Source: Tubiluchus corallicola (Eukaryota > Animalia > Priapulida). From it: a DNA stretch of 64,000 nucleotides. A program made the position numbers and the translations under genes. Shown here piece after piece: positions 1-14,210 of the stretch. How positions within the stretch are numbered: the stretch's first letter is position 1; every line of letters starts with the position of its first letter. The stretch spans positions 62,001 through 126,000 of the forward strand of contig JAQGDQ010000168.1 of NCBI GenBank assembly GCA_030141605.1, given 5' to 3'. Under the pieces are notes generated by a model. That model was not told where the DNA came from and searched no databases. It worked only from the letters and a program-made list of their open reading frames with translations.

Positions 1-939
1 TTACATAGACTTGCTTTGAACGATTGCGATTCATCATCAAGCCAAGTGTTGAATGCGACTGATTGTCAAATGGTAACAATTCACCTTCCTCCATGCTAAT
101 AAAAACAAATTATTATTCAACAACTGTTTTGAACAGTTTTCACAACTGTTCGCTTTACCTGTTACTAGCAGTACGGTAAACTGTATGACTAATGGAGATT
201 CAAGGTACGTACAGAAATTCTTTCTCGTTGCAACGAGCTATACTTTAATTTGTAGAAAAAATGACAGCGTCTAGGATTCATTAAGGTCCAGTTACACCAC
301 TCTCTACAATATTGTCGAGCAGGAAGAAATCCGAAAGATAATTTCAAAATGCCAAACGGTCCGATATTAAATTAGGATGAATATAATAGCGTTCATGCAC
401 AATTTCTTTGAACCACACCAATATTAGTCAGCTTATAGCGCATTACCGTGTAACAGGTGTGTTGTCGCGTGAATTCCTTCTAATCTTATTGCAGTACAGT
501 TATCAGCAATTTGTAGCAACAGAGAACCGAAGCTTACGAAGTCATGTGAAATAAACTAGCAAACATGAAAAACAAAAAAGCAGAACAGCCATCATAATAA
601 AAAAGCGAAAACGTTAACTACATTTTAGCACACATTTGCGTTATCATTCGGTATATGATTATTGGCAATGAAATGAATAATGAGAAAGTATATTTAGGAC
701 TACCCAAGATTATGTGTACTATTTGGCTGCTCTGTGCAGATATTTTGAAACTACATTGCTTTTCAATCGTGTACTGCATTCATTATCACTATTTTTAAAG
801 TGAAAACATGTACATTCCTTACTAACGGTGCGAGGACGAAACGCGAGTCTCGAGTTCAACATTAGAAGTACCTGCCAAATGCAAGGAATTTTACAAAGTA
901 TATGGCACTTTACATAAGCTGATTAATTTAAATGACAAA

Positions 940-1600
940 AAAGGGGCACCTTTTGTAGGTTTCAGAGAAATCCCTTTAAAAAATTACTTGCTGTATACTT
1001 TACAGCATTTTTATGCATATACCGTACTCGCGTTAAAAGGAACTCTTGTTTGTTTTCATTTTAAATCTCCCGCAATACTGTTCCCACCGCGCCATTACAG
1101 AACGTCACTACGCAAACGTAAATCAGGGGAAGATAAAGAGATGTTAAACTATGTCCCAAAATCTTTCCATGCAAGTCTATAATGCTTAGCATTTTGCTTA
1201 AATGCTGGAAAGACTTATGTAACTAGAAATAATAATTTAAAACGTTCGTGCCAATTGGAAAATATCGCTGGCAGGGTCTCTCCAGGGTGCGCCACTCACT
1301 AACCAAAAACGTGTTTTTAATCTTATTAACAAGATACAGTGATTTAAATTATAAAATTTTACTTTGTTAGCAACTGGTGTGCTACGCATGCTCTGACTAT
1401 TTTTTCAAACTTCACGCAATGTCGTCTAAACTTGTTTCAAATGACCTACCGTCAAAATGACTGCGCCTAACGGTCATCGCAGGAGTTTAAATTTTCCCTG
1501 CCGACGCAAGCCCTGCATGCAAAAAGGCAGTGTATAAGTGGTATAAAATTTCAAGACTAATTTTTCAATGTTAAGTGGAGGGTTTTCTTGTGCTTTAAGT
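940..1600 (+). repeat. Dispersed ~660 bp repeat, copy 1 (probable non-autonomous TE)
   Basis: Colinear, gapped similarity to 48117-48735, e.g. TTTTCATTTTAAATCTCCCGCAATACTGTTC, AACTAGAAATAATAATTTAAAA, CCTAACGGTCATCGC, GCCGACGCAAGCC, TAAGTGGTATAAAATTTT. Confidence 0.85.
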
Positions 1601-4559
1601 AAAAAACGTGGTGAGATGATAAATTATGTTCTAGACCCACCCCTACTCTTCCTTGAATTACATGCAGTAAAATTAGGTAGCTTCGTTGGGGTCGCAATCT
1701 CTTAGCGTATCGATAATAATGACCCACTACTGTAATAGTTTTGTACAATCTTACCTGAGATACGTGCTATGATGTTGGCCCCATCTGCGTGAGATGCTTT
1801 TTAAATCATCATCACTCATATCATCGGCTCACAAAGTTTGACCTAGAGATGCAGTACTATAGTTGTTCAATAGATATGTAAACCACTTATAAAGGAGGAA
1901 TAGTTAACAACGGAAGCATTGTACTGATTCGTTTTTCAACAATTAACACTAACGTGGTTTCTAAGTTTTATAATTATGTATAAAGTACAAGCGCGAACGT
2001 TTGTAAGAAATTGAAGTCTTCTAATAAGGTCTCGTTTTTCTTGTTTGTAGTAATTTTTACAAAACAAAATACAGTTTTAAATCAGTATTTTCATCGAAAT
2101 TTGAGAAAAGAAAGTAACCTCCGATTTGCTTGCGAGAAGAATGATAAAATATAATTACTAATGAGGGAACGAAAAACGGCTTTTTCAGTAATTCGATTCA
2201 CGTCGCCTTTTCATCGTTGAAGAAAAGGAAACTTTGCTTGACTTGTACCGCACAGCATTCACATACACTGATAATCAATCGACGCTTCGAACTATATCAA
2301 TTACCCGCACCTGTTCAGCAAACACTAATAAATTCTAATATAAACAGGTAGACGCCTAATACAGCCACTGCGCTGCACGTCTATAGTAGAAATGTCGCAA
2401 GAGAAGCCATACGACAAGCTTTAGCCAGCATAATTATAGACAGAATGTTAATATTACGAGAAGGTTTGTTTAGCTTTCACGTAAGCTAATGTTCTGTTAG
2501 TCTTGGCCGATGTACAGGCATGTGTCTACAAGGTAGCTAGGGGTAGGAGGATAAGTAGACTGGCGCAGAAGCAGCGTATCATTTTTTGATCGTTGTGATT
2601 GCTAATTTATAGAAATTAGCTGGCAGGCCTGCCATGTATCAAAATAAGATGACCCAAAAAGTTTTTCAAAATTTTGATTATTTAAAATAATAAAACCAAA
2701 AAACAATTCGTTTGTATTGCATCACGCATTTTTCTCGGCTATGAAATTAAAGGACAAATTTGTTAATATAACAAATAGCGCAAAGAAAATCTTACAAATG
2801 TAACTTTCTTTCTATGGGAATTCAAAACTTTGGCGCTGTTGTTTTCAGTCAACGAATTGTACGTGGGGGAAACTATATTATTCTGATGCAGGCATTATCG
2901 CTAATGGAGTTCGTCGGGGTGGGATTTTATCGCCTTTGCTATGCATGTCACTAGCTGTATGTCAATGAGCGTTCAAAACAGTAACACCTTGATGGAGTTG
3001 ACAGCAATAAAAGGCACCATGTGACGATTCGCATTTACGAACACCGACAGACCAACCAACTGGCTAGCCAGCCAGCCAGCCAATAAACCAGCAAACCAAC
3101 CAACCAACCTACCAACCAACAAACCGACCTACCTACCTACCATCAAAGTCAGTCGCATGTGTTTACGCCACACCAAAAGCAGGATAAGATACAGTACAGG
3201 CTGTTCCAAAAGTTAAATTTTATATGATTTTAGTTACAGACATTCAAAAATTATGTATCACAGTTTAGATTTTTAATGTATAAACGGATAAAGTAAACCA
3301 AACTAAAAACTATAATTACTGTATCATGTATCACGCATGAATGTCATGCAAGTAAATGATAATTCGTGTGGGTGTAATACTGGTATGCTTATACTGGTGT
3401 TTCTAGAAATCATTATTATGCATTTGCTTTATGGCTAAAGAATACAATCGCTTGATGTTTTTATTCAGAAATAATCCACTGGCCAGTAGAACTACTGATT
3501 TGCTAACATTCTAAAGTCATCGTCAGATTGCGGAGGTCCGCTCAAAGGGGACGTCTTTGTAGCAGGCACTTAACTCGTCTGTAGCTGCTGTGAGAGTTAT
3601 TTTCTCCTTACAAACTAATTTACATCACAATTGTTTTTAAAAGCCTTGCCAAAGTGTAACTCTGAATCATATTGTGAGTGCAGAGAATGGGAAAAGTACT
3701 TGCTAGCTAGTTGCACGTGTTTTTGGAAAAAAGGGAATTTTTGTCGGATGAAAGTTTACCAACTGCTCACACGTGTAGGAAGATTATATGTGAACAACGC
3801 TTGTCGATATCACCTGCAATAGCTGGTAGGTATTCGAAATATTCTTAAAATTGAACCGAAAGTATTGGCACGATGCCAGTCATTAAGTATAGAGCAAAAT
3901 AAGGTTGACACGATGCAAATGTATAATATAAGCTCAGATTGTTATGGATAAGATTAAAAAAATTTTGGTGGACAAAAAGACAATAACTAGAAACAAACAC
4001 GACAACATCTGGTGAGACGTATGGTAGGCATAACAAAAAAATTGGTAAGTCATAAACTAAGTGTACGTAAAAAAGGCTGATTCGTTTTTAGTTAATAATA
4101 GTCTCAGTGCACGAATTTTCAATTTTTCATTAAGTGTTGAAAGTTTATTGGCCATATTTCCCCATATTGGCCATATAAAACACACCACGTAAGACCTCAA
4201 ATTTGTATAAGATCTGTGCATTTGTCATACGAATGTAGTGGTGATAATCAACACCTTTATAGTGATTTCGAAAATTATCAAATGCGATTGCGATTTCAAA
4301 AATTCTTAATAACTAGCCTTACTTTTCATAGAAATTGTGATAATTTATTTCGCAATACCCAGACATTATTGTGCTTGTTGAAGTTTTCACAAACAAATTA
4401 TGGCCAGTTCGTGCCAATTTTTAAGTGACTGTTTATAGTAAATTAAAAAAGCCGATCAAACAAATAAACAAATCAGCAAACCTTTCATCCTTTGATAAAT
4501 GCCGCCAGGTATGTGTTCTTTCACACCAATTCATTACAGCTCCTGTCAATTTTGTTTGC

Positions 4560-4625
4560 GGACGCTCCCCCATTGGCGCAGAGAAAGGCACCCCGATGAA
4601 AACTTACAGCGCATGCGCCAAATCA
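4560..4625 (+). promoter_or_regulatory. Putative NK2.1 proximal promoter elements
   Basis: GC-richer patch 115-180 bp upstream of the ATG with a reverse CCAAT box (ATTGG) and a palindromic NRF1-type site GCGCATGCGC. Motif match only. Confidence 0.35.
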
Positions 4626-4738
4626 ACTTCTTCACTTTTATGATCGTAGATAAGTGTTTTTGAAGAGCAAAAGTGGCCATTATATCAGATTTCGAGTACT
4701 CGTGAAGAGGCGTGAGATCACACCCCCGCATCAGAGAG

Positions 4739-6845
4739 ATGTCATTCAACTCCAAGTACTCTACTCCTTTCTCCGTCACTGACATTCTCAGTCCTCTTGA
4801 TGAAATTTACAAAAAGTCTTCTCTGGAAGCCGAACCGCACACAAATCTTTACCCGACCGTAGCCGCACATTCGTATTACAACGGCAACTATCGCTCCGTT
4901 TCACCACAGAATTACAATACTAGTGTCAAACTGAATCTGGAAAACAATATGACTATTGGGCCGCCGATACCAACGTCCTATGTGCACGTGCCACCGTTGC
5001 CGTCCGGTCCGTATCCGTCACAATACTGCAATGGTGCTGAGATGACAAATTATGGAGATCCATCGTCGCTACGACCTGAAACAAATGGCTGGTATTCACC
5101 AAGCAACGAGCACGCCATAGCAAGTAAGAACTATAATTAAGTAGTGTTGTAGTATGTATCGACTAATTGGCAATCAATACTAGTTATAAACAATTAGTTA
5201 TGTAAATCGCTTAACAATAATTATATAAATGAAATACAAATATCTGTGCTTTGTAATTTACAATCATTGTTAGTTTCAGTTAACAATTAGTTATGTAAAA
5301 AGTATAAAAAGTACACTCTCTTTGCAATTGTTTGGTACAAATGTTGTTAAATATTTTGAGGTTGATTTGTTTTGGTCCTTGTTAAGCAAGGAAAAAAAAT
5401 CAGATACTCTATCTGGACGCCCATTGTATACGTACGAGATAAGACAAACCCCTGGCATCCAGTTAACAAAAAACACGCCACAGCAAGTAAAGAACTATAA
5501 TTAGTTAGTACTATATTACGCATCAACTAATTGGCTGTTAATATTAGTCGTAAATAATTAGTTATGTAAGTTGATTGAGTTTAATCTTTTAACAATAATT
5601 AGTATAGAAATAAAATAGATAGAAATTACTGATTAATTAGGAAACCGTATATAAAGACAGCTCCTGTGTTTTTATATATTCTCTAATTTGCGGTCGTTAT
5701 TAGTTAGTTGATAAGTTACGCATTTTGTTTTTTCGATCGTTTAACAATATTGAAGGTACATGTGGTTTGTAACTGCAGTGTATAATAGATATTAAAAATA
5801 ATAAAGATGAGTTTATTATGGCTTACTATAACAGGCTAAGCAAGAAAATTCAATGTACCATTTTGTCACCGTTTGCTGTTTCTGGAATTATTGCCTGAAA
5901 CCTGCTTTGAAAGCAAATACAATAATGAATTAGACTGTGTTTTTTTGTAACTTTACCAAACTGTATAAATTGTTGTACATGAACAATTGCAATCTAAAGC
6001 TCTTAAATTTAGCCCGAAGTTCGATTACTGCTATCGAATATGTATTTTACCCGGTTTTATCACATATTATATTGCTTATTGTACTAACGAAGTAAGCATA
6101 TAAGACTTAGGCAGTTTCATACTTGCACAAGATATCAAAAGTTTATCACGCTACCGGTTCATACTTTGTTTTGCGAGGTTTATAAATTATATTGTGCAAT
6201 AAACACGCCTGGAAAAAAGGTTTATAATACCCGTTGAATCTGTCAGTTATACTGCAGCTATTTCCTACCCATGTGTGCATAGGTGAAATGATTTATAGCT
6301 TGGTAAATGCTGATCGTTTACTTATAAACAAACCACAGGTATCGCAAGTAAATTTTGCACATGGTACCTTAGTGTATCGATTTCATGAGCATAAAGTACA
6401 TCCAGATCTGATCCAACTGATTTGAGCGCTCAAGTTAAAGTTACACGAATTTTCTTTTAACGCATGTAACGCCTCGATCTTTATTTTTTAAGAGCTTATA
6501 GCGAACAAGTACAGTATCTGTTATTATAACTAACATTTAGTAGCGGCTGTTGGCTATAATTTAATCGTATCGTAAATGTAAGTCCTAGCCGTTAATTTCT
6601 ATTCTACGTGTATGAGTCGCTGCCGTCGCCACTGATTCCCGCTTCTCAAATCAATGCCAATTTATAGCAATTTATGTTAAAGGGAATTACGTTGCGTAGT
6701 GCTCATGCTTACCAATATAACAATTTTTCTGGTAGTTTGGCGGGTATATATAAATTATTGTAATAAGGCAAAAGAATACAGAACTATAGTTATACATTTA
6801 TTTTTTTAAATTTAGAGGCCTGCTGAAATCTTGCAGAGAAAACCG

Positions 6846-6907
<62 letters not shown>

Positions 6908-9900
6908 AAAGTAAGTAAGCAAGTAAGAAAGTAAGTACTTTTTAACTAGATAGCACGATGAGGCAGTCGACTCCTTTACATCATGGCTGAGTGCTATAAC
7001 AAAAATTATCAACGTACGTAATGTAAAAATAATACCATAAAAATGCACGTAGAAAAATAAATCACATCGCAAACAAGGCATATTAATTCGGTATTTCATG
7101 GACTATAATTAGGCGTAATACATAACAGGTCTATGATTTGAAAAACGACCCTTTTAAAAGGTTGAAATTCATTTTTTAAGGCATTGAAATGGATTAGGTT
7201 TTTATAAACGATTTGAAGAGTTTTTACTTACATATACGCGTCATTAAAAATCTTTTATATATACTTACAAGAATATTTAGCAGTTTTATGGCAGTTGGCA
7301 AAAATAAAAACTTCTTGTTAAGGGTGTACACTGCACAGCTATATAAAATAATGCCCTATAGATTTTTTTGTAATAAAATTCTGAATTTCAATGATGCTAT
7401 TATACACAGTAGTTATACTATATCTAATTAAATTAATTTTTTGTGTAGGATGTATATACACGGATAATGTTTAATATTTGTAATCCTAAAATTACCAATT
7501 AAATAATGGAATAAGCTCCAAATTATGAATTCGGAAGCAGTATTTTGACAAAAAAGGAGGGACTGTTAAAAAATCGAGACTGTATTTGAGTTTGAACCAG
7601 GATGTGCATTTACACGCGTGACAACTGTAATAAACAAAACAGCTCCTTGTATTCAATTTTAATTCAGGCTAACAGCTTCCAACTTTTTTATTTCAGGCTC
7701 AGCCCGATATTTCGCATTTCTTACCTTACGTCAAAAGATTGGCAAGTTTCTTGGTCTGGTATTGTCAATTTGCAGATGAATCACGGATAACGTTTTTACT
7801 TAAAGAAATTATCTAAAAATTACTAAAAGAATATGTTGAAAATGACCTGAACCTACTTATCATACTCATAATGAAAAAATATATTAATCCAAAACTTAAG
7901 CTTAGACTTAAAATTAGTCTGTTAACAACAATTTTCGCAAAATTTTTAGTCAGTTTAATTTGAATTAATATATTTCGCGGACGTGTCTCTGTTGTAACTA
8001 CTGAAACTTGTGTGAATTGGTTCATAGCGCTGAAGCAGCTTATATATGATTCAGCTTACCAGTATTAAATTTGGCTTACAATAAATCTTGATTTGATAAC
8101 TATTAGCAAATAACACTAAAGTTTTTCGCACGTAAGAAGCGAGATCATTTTTTCAAAAGGCGATACAGAAGTAAAAACAAACGTATATAATATTATATAT
8201 GTACAAAAGTAAATACATTTGGCAAATATTAGAATATATCGAAGAAAGTCAGAAAATTCCTAGGCTTGTATTACACTCACCCCTGAGACCTACGTCTTCT
8301 ATACGAAATCTAAAGCGTATCTACTAGTAAGCAGTAAGAATTTTAGTTCTTCCCAATCCATTATCTGAATTCAGGATATTAGCAAAACGAAAATTAATAA
8401 GGCAATCTTCGCAAATAGCAAATGCGCTATACGTGCAGCACATTTGCGAAGATCATATTTCTATTATAATTTTCAAAAAACATATAAGATGTGTGTGTTA
8501 ATTTAATTAGTTTTCTTTATGGTAGATATCAAACCTCTCCGGGTGTAATGTCCAGTCGATTATAATGTTAGCAAATAATAATAATAATTAATTTGACACT
8601 ATGTTTTATAGGCATATTTTATAAAGTAGAATAAGTTATAGGAACGTTAAATTGAAAGAAAAACAATTGAAAAAACTAAAAATTAACGGAGCACCGTTGC
8701 TAAACACTTACCCTTAACTTGTAAAACAGCTTTATGATATCCGAAAGAGCATTATTGCAAAAAAACGTTAACAAGTTTGGTATGTCGCACTTGTATGGCA
8801 ACTTCTCCAAATTTGACTTTTATTATCAGTAATTACATTTTTAAAATTATACATTAATTCATATCTTGATCGCATGGCAAACTTCAAATTGGTTTGTTTA
8901 TGTGAAAGACTATGTCTCATGTATGTATATTTTTATTAATAATATTTTGAAAATGTTGAATCAACTTGTAACAATTTTATCTGAATTGTGTAAAATTACA
9001 TAATTGGACTTGCGTTATTTCAGTTTCACGGTACACGCACGCACGCAGTGGAGCCATCGCACCAGTAATCCACAGTGAATGGCAGAAATCATCTCAGTAC
9101 ACGATTACGACGCAGAAACGGAAAAGGAGAATTCTATTTTCTCAGTCACAGGTAAAATATTAAACACGTTTTCACTTTTACTATTTTTCGCTTACAGTTT
9201 TCAATCTTTTTCAATAATTTTTTAGAGTTTGTCACAATAGAAAACTTTTGAAGGCAGCTCATCTTTACAGTTTTTGTCAGATTTATAAGCTTTGGCTATA
9301 GGCCAAATTAATTTACAAAAGTTTCTTGAGTTACTGTAGCGGTTCTGCATGTACATAGCCACACTAACATTTAGTATATGATATATTGCTTTTACTGATA
9401 AATTCTTTATTAACAATTGAAAGAACTCATCCAAATGTGAATCCATACTTGTCCGAAAAAAAGAGATGTGAAAAGTCAGTAAAGAACTGGGACTCTATGT
9501 CGAATAAATGTGGAAAACAACAATATTTTTATTAGTATTTTTTCCAGTTTTGTAAGATGGAATTTTGCAAAGAAAAATGTTTTTTTTTGCAAAATTTAAT
9601 TTGATTTTAAAATTTTATGATCCTTTGTATATGACCCGTAGAAAGTGTCCTTTAAGAAATAAAAACAATGGAAATTACAATATAGATATTTTAATGTATG
9701 TTTAGCTAGTTTGATGATCATTAGTTAAGATCAAAACAACTTTATCAGTATATCTACATTCTAAATTATTTATTTTCTGAACTACTAATGCACGCTGCAT
9801 GGGATTATGGATGCATGTCTCACGTCATCAGTAGCTTCTTGACCACTGGTATAGCGAATTATTTAAATTTTTATAAAATCGCTTTCCTACTAATAGTAGT

Positions 9901-10909
9901 TTTCCAAGTAAGTAGGACTGTTAGACGATAAACTTTGTTTTGTGATTTTTTAAACAATTTTTTCCCTTTTAAATTATTGCGATACTCAAAGATCTCGGGT
10001 TGGGTTTTCCATGTAATAGTTGTATTTAATTATTTGTGTATTGCAATATGTTGGTGAATTTCTATGTCGAGGCAGAAAAAATACGCAGCCACTGAATAAT
10101 GCAAAGTAACACAGTTTATTAGTAACCCACAGATCTTACGAAAATATTTTTTAAAATGTTATTTGTGTAATCATTTAACTCGTTTAAAATACAAAAAAGT
10201 TATAGGTGAATATTGCTGCTCATGACAACTTACTGTTGAAAGGTTAATTAACATCATTAATTGCTAAATTTTTGCAAAACAGGTGTATGAACTAGAGAGG
10301 CGGTTCAATCAACAAAAATACCTTTCGGCACCAGAAAGGGAACACCTAGCTAACATGATACACCTGACGCCTAATCAGGTAAAAATATGGTTTCAAAATC
10401 ACCGATACAAGTGCAAACGTGCCGCAAAAGACAAACTGGTACAAGGTAACGACGAAGAACAACAGCAGCAACAAAAGCAGCAGCAGCAGCAGCAGCAACA
10501 ACAACAACTGCAACAACAATCTGTACCATCGTCGCAGTCACTTAAACGAGTTGCGATTCCAGTTCTTGTGAAAGATGGTAAACCATGTGTAAATGGCATA
10601 GTGACTGATGACTCTGCAGTGCAAGTATCTACATTCCCGCATCCACTGCCACTGCTGCAGTCATCATCACCATCATCGTCAGTGCCAGTACTGATGCCAG
10701 TTGTTCAGGGCCAGACAAAAAGCAGCTCTCCTTTAAATTTAGGACCGAATACAGTACAATGCTCAGTCCCACAGCAAAACTTTGCAAAGTGTGAATTGCA
10801 CCAGTGGTCAAGCAATAATTTGTCCAGCAATGCTTCTAATGTTGTAGGACTTAGCGTTGCTGACAATACAGCTACATACATACCTCAGTTATCATGTCAT
10901 ACTTGGTAA
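4739..10909 (+). CDS. nkx2.1: NK2.1 (Nkx2-1/TTF-1/scarecrow-type) homeobox transcription factor, 3 exons: 4739-5123, 9024-9151, 10283-10909 (379 aa)
   Basis: Exon 1: TN/eh1 motif [31 protein letters not shown] and WY motifs, donor A|GTAAGA (phase 1). Exon 2 (absent from the ORF track): tttcag|TT TCA CGG... = ISR...[13 protein letters not shown]|GTAAAA. Exon 3: aacag|[43 protein letters not shown] (NK2-diagnostic Tyr54), poly-Q, NK2-specific domain [16 protein letters not shown]-terminal TW. Exon lengths 385+128+627=1140, in frame. Confidence 0.96.
6846..6936 (+). repeat. (AAGT)n microsatellite in NK2.1 intron 1
   Basis: Directly visible. Confidence 0.95.
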
Positions 10910-13900
10910 ACTATAATATGCAATGTAATAACAACATGCAATAACTATTTTATATAACCATATACTAAAGTAAATATATTGTTTGAAAAAGAGTCGTGTC
11001 TGAGTTATGTTACATGACGGTATCTGCACGCGGTCTGTTGGCTAACATGTTTTTGATGGTTTTTGTGCATGAAACTAATCCAATGGAACTGTTTGGAAAA
11101 GAATTACGTAAAAGGAGAGCGCTGATCGTAAAACGAGTGGTCGAAGGTAGTGCTCACGCATGTTAACCTACCTTGCTGTGGTTTCACTCAATGCCCGACA
11201 ACCAGCTATTAGTTAGGCGACTCTCATGTACGATTTCTGTAAAGTAATTACTTTTTATGCCATCATAAAGTGTAGTCAAGTGAAAAATAATTAAAAAATT
11301 GCCGATAATTTTTATCAGCTCTTGAGACAAATTTTATCATGTATCAGAGCCCTTAAGCCTTTAAGCGAAACACAAGCTGTTTCAGAAGAAGTAGTGTCGT
11401 AGAAATTTACTGATTGTTAAAATATGTTGACCACATCACGAAGAACTTTGAGTCAAACAGCAAGCGCTTGTACTAATAATTTCTTAAGGTAAAGCAACTA
11501 TACTATGAAATTATAAATTACAGTGGTGATTTGATAAAAATACTTTAGCATATCGAAATATAACGTGTAGTTTCTTCTGTAACAGCCTATAAGGACATTG
11601 CTCTTTCTAAGGACATTTCGACAGTATATTATGTGACAGAAATTCGTTTTTTCTGTGATAGGAATAGCGTCTTGTCTATGTGTGGCCTATGATAAGAATG
11701 AAAAGGCAAACTGTGTATATAGGGAGAAGACACAGAACAGATTACCAGTTTTACGTGCGAACCAGTCTGTACTGGGTGTTACATGTGAGGTGCCTGGCCA
11801 CGCTTTGTGTATGACAGAGAAGCCAGGCTATTCTCTAAGCGCACCTCATTTCCACAGTTTCGGCAGACAAAGGCGAAAACAGCCATTAAAATCACAAAAA
11901 AGGTTTCCTGTTTACCAAAGTGCCATTCATATGTCTTAAAAGGTTTACGGAACAATTATGTTACAGAAATTACTGCATACATTAAGCGAACGCCCAGCGG
12001 CTATCTTTCTTCATTTACATTTATAGTTACTATCAGCGGATTAGATCAATAAAAAGAATGGGCGAAACGGTTCATAAAACCATTAAAAGTAATATTGTAT
12101 CCCCTCTCGGCTTAGGGTTGCTAATCCAAACCAAGAAGGATATAATTGATGTTTTGCAAGATGTGTATTAAGCCACAGTTACAAAAATTTCGGCAGAGGG
12201 TACGCTTTTTGCTTTAAATGCTTCATATGTGTTATTTTCCAAGGTTCTTTATCTTACAAAGGCAATAAAGTACTGTGTCGAAGAGTACTGTAAAAATAAA
12301 GTATTGTAGCCTACACTGAACAGAGTATTTGACAACGTGATACATGCATTGAATTTACATGCTATTTTAGTCTTGTAAAAACTTGTAATATATACTGTAA
12401 TATTTTAAACACCGATTACATACTGATAACGAAGGTCTGTAAATGCGTATATTAAACTACTAAATTTACGCAAGTTATACTTAGACATGTACTACTTTTA
12501 CAAAGAAATTTGTAAACTGTCAATAGGCAACTTCATTTTTAACTCATTGAATTTAATTTGACCAATTTGTAACCCATTATGGTTAACAAGCTTCTCAATT
12601 TGAGCACCAAATAATTCAACTTGAGTATCAGCTTACTTAAACTCTAGACACTTGAGCAATTTCTCAAATAGTACACAAAGATTTCGAACACACTTTTGCA
12701 CTTTCAGTACGACAAATTGATGCAAAATCTGTTTGTTAATTTTTTGTTTCATACAAGCCATTTGGCAATACGCGGCTGCCACGGTTTAAACTTCGTTTTT
12801 TATGCCGACTTTCTTTCGTTTTTTATGTGGGCATTTTTCCGTGGACAAATACAGTTTTTAAGTCAACCTCAAACCTAAACGATTACTCAGTCATTGAAAA
12901 TATCCCTGTATTTTTGTTGCAGACAGAGTAGAAGCTGGGTATTCTATAAGATGCCCATGGGCATTTTGTGGAGTGCCAAAACAAACCAGGCAATGACTAA
13001 AATAGTTTCTTCTACACTTTTCCTTGGCATCAGACATAATGTGAATTTCATCTACTATGCTTAGGCAAAATACGTAATTCTTAAATTTTGGATATAATTT
13101 TCATATGCATTTTACGTAATGTGAATTTTATTTTAGAGAAAGTGTGAAATAAGTCACCCCTCTGTGTGTTTGCAAATTAGTTTGCTTAATACGCTTGTTC
13201 GCTCGCTGGCCGCTGCTGGTAACACAAGGCACATTTGCTTTCTAGGGTCAAGCGAAGCTTTCGCAGATGCAAACGTTCAAGCTTTTTGATGTTTGGTGTC
13301 AACACGATAGAAAGTGCAAGTCGCTTTTACATTAGGCATACTTTTGTAATGTGTACCATATTCAGGAGAAGTTGTTATCAATATGAACGCTTTTCCAAAG
13401 ACCTTTTTCATATTATGTGCAGCTCCACTTAAAATACAAAATGTCTATAATATGTAAAGTGTTAAAGTTTAAACACATATATTTCGTTCTTTTCTCGAAA
13501 TGAATAGATATTATACGAAGTGTCCAGGGATTTGTTTAAAATGTACAAAAAAACGTTTACTTTATTTATTCGAAATACGAAATATAATTACATGTAATTA
13601 ACTACTTACAAAGAATAAAATTGCAATTTGTACTTCAAGTGTAGCGATACATACGTATACACTGCAATTCCCAAAGTTCCAAATTTTTGTATTTAGATTA
13701 CCTTTTAGTGGAAGCTTTATTTATATTTGACCAAACATCAAATATACATGAATTTATACCAGATCCAAAAGGACTGGTGGATGAATGGTAAATCTGCAGA
13801 GAAACAATGGAACATTTTCCCTCCAGCAATCTGCTCTCCTCAAATGAGGCATTGTTCTTTTGCTACAAGTTCTTGTTCTCGCTTTTACTCGTGCGCTTAT

Positions 13901-13949
13901 TTTCTCCCCTTTCAAATCGTTCTTACATAATAGTGACTAGAAATCGTCA

Positions 13950-14210
13950 TTCAAGTCATGTTTGTCGACTCTTTTACATGGAAATTTTCTCTCGTGTTTC
14001 CCTGCCAAATTGTGCAGCAAATGAAAAGGTTCTTCAGCGTTTGTTTACAGTAAAACTCGCGTCTAAAAGCTCTTATTGCAAAACGATACTTAATTCCACG
14101 CACTTTTCAAGTGTTCAACGCGCCTTACGAAAGTCTGCGCACGAAATATTATAAAAGCCGCCGGACGATTTTTTCAAAAAGAATGCGGGCTTTTCAGAGG
14201 AGTGGGTACA
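13950..14210 (-). mobile_element. Possible highly decayed pogo-type element end
   Basis: On -, AAAAGCCCGCA...GGCGGCTTTTAT inverted motifs typical of pogo-like ends, followed by broken FAAQFGRETR.KFHVKES reminiscent of a Brinker-type DNA-binding domain. Weak. Confidence 0.25.

Noticed and set aside
4712-4738. GTG-initiated N-terminal extension of NK2.1 from the ORF track
   Set aside because: Non-ATG start; ATG 4739 gives the conserved MS..KxxTPFSV start.
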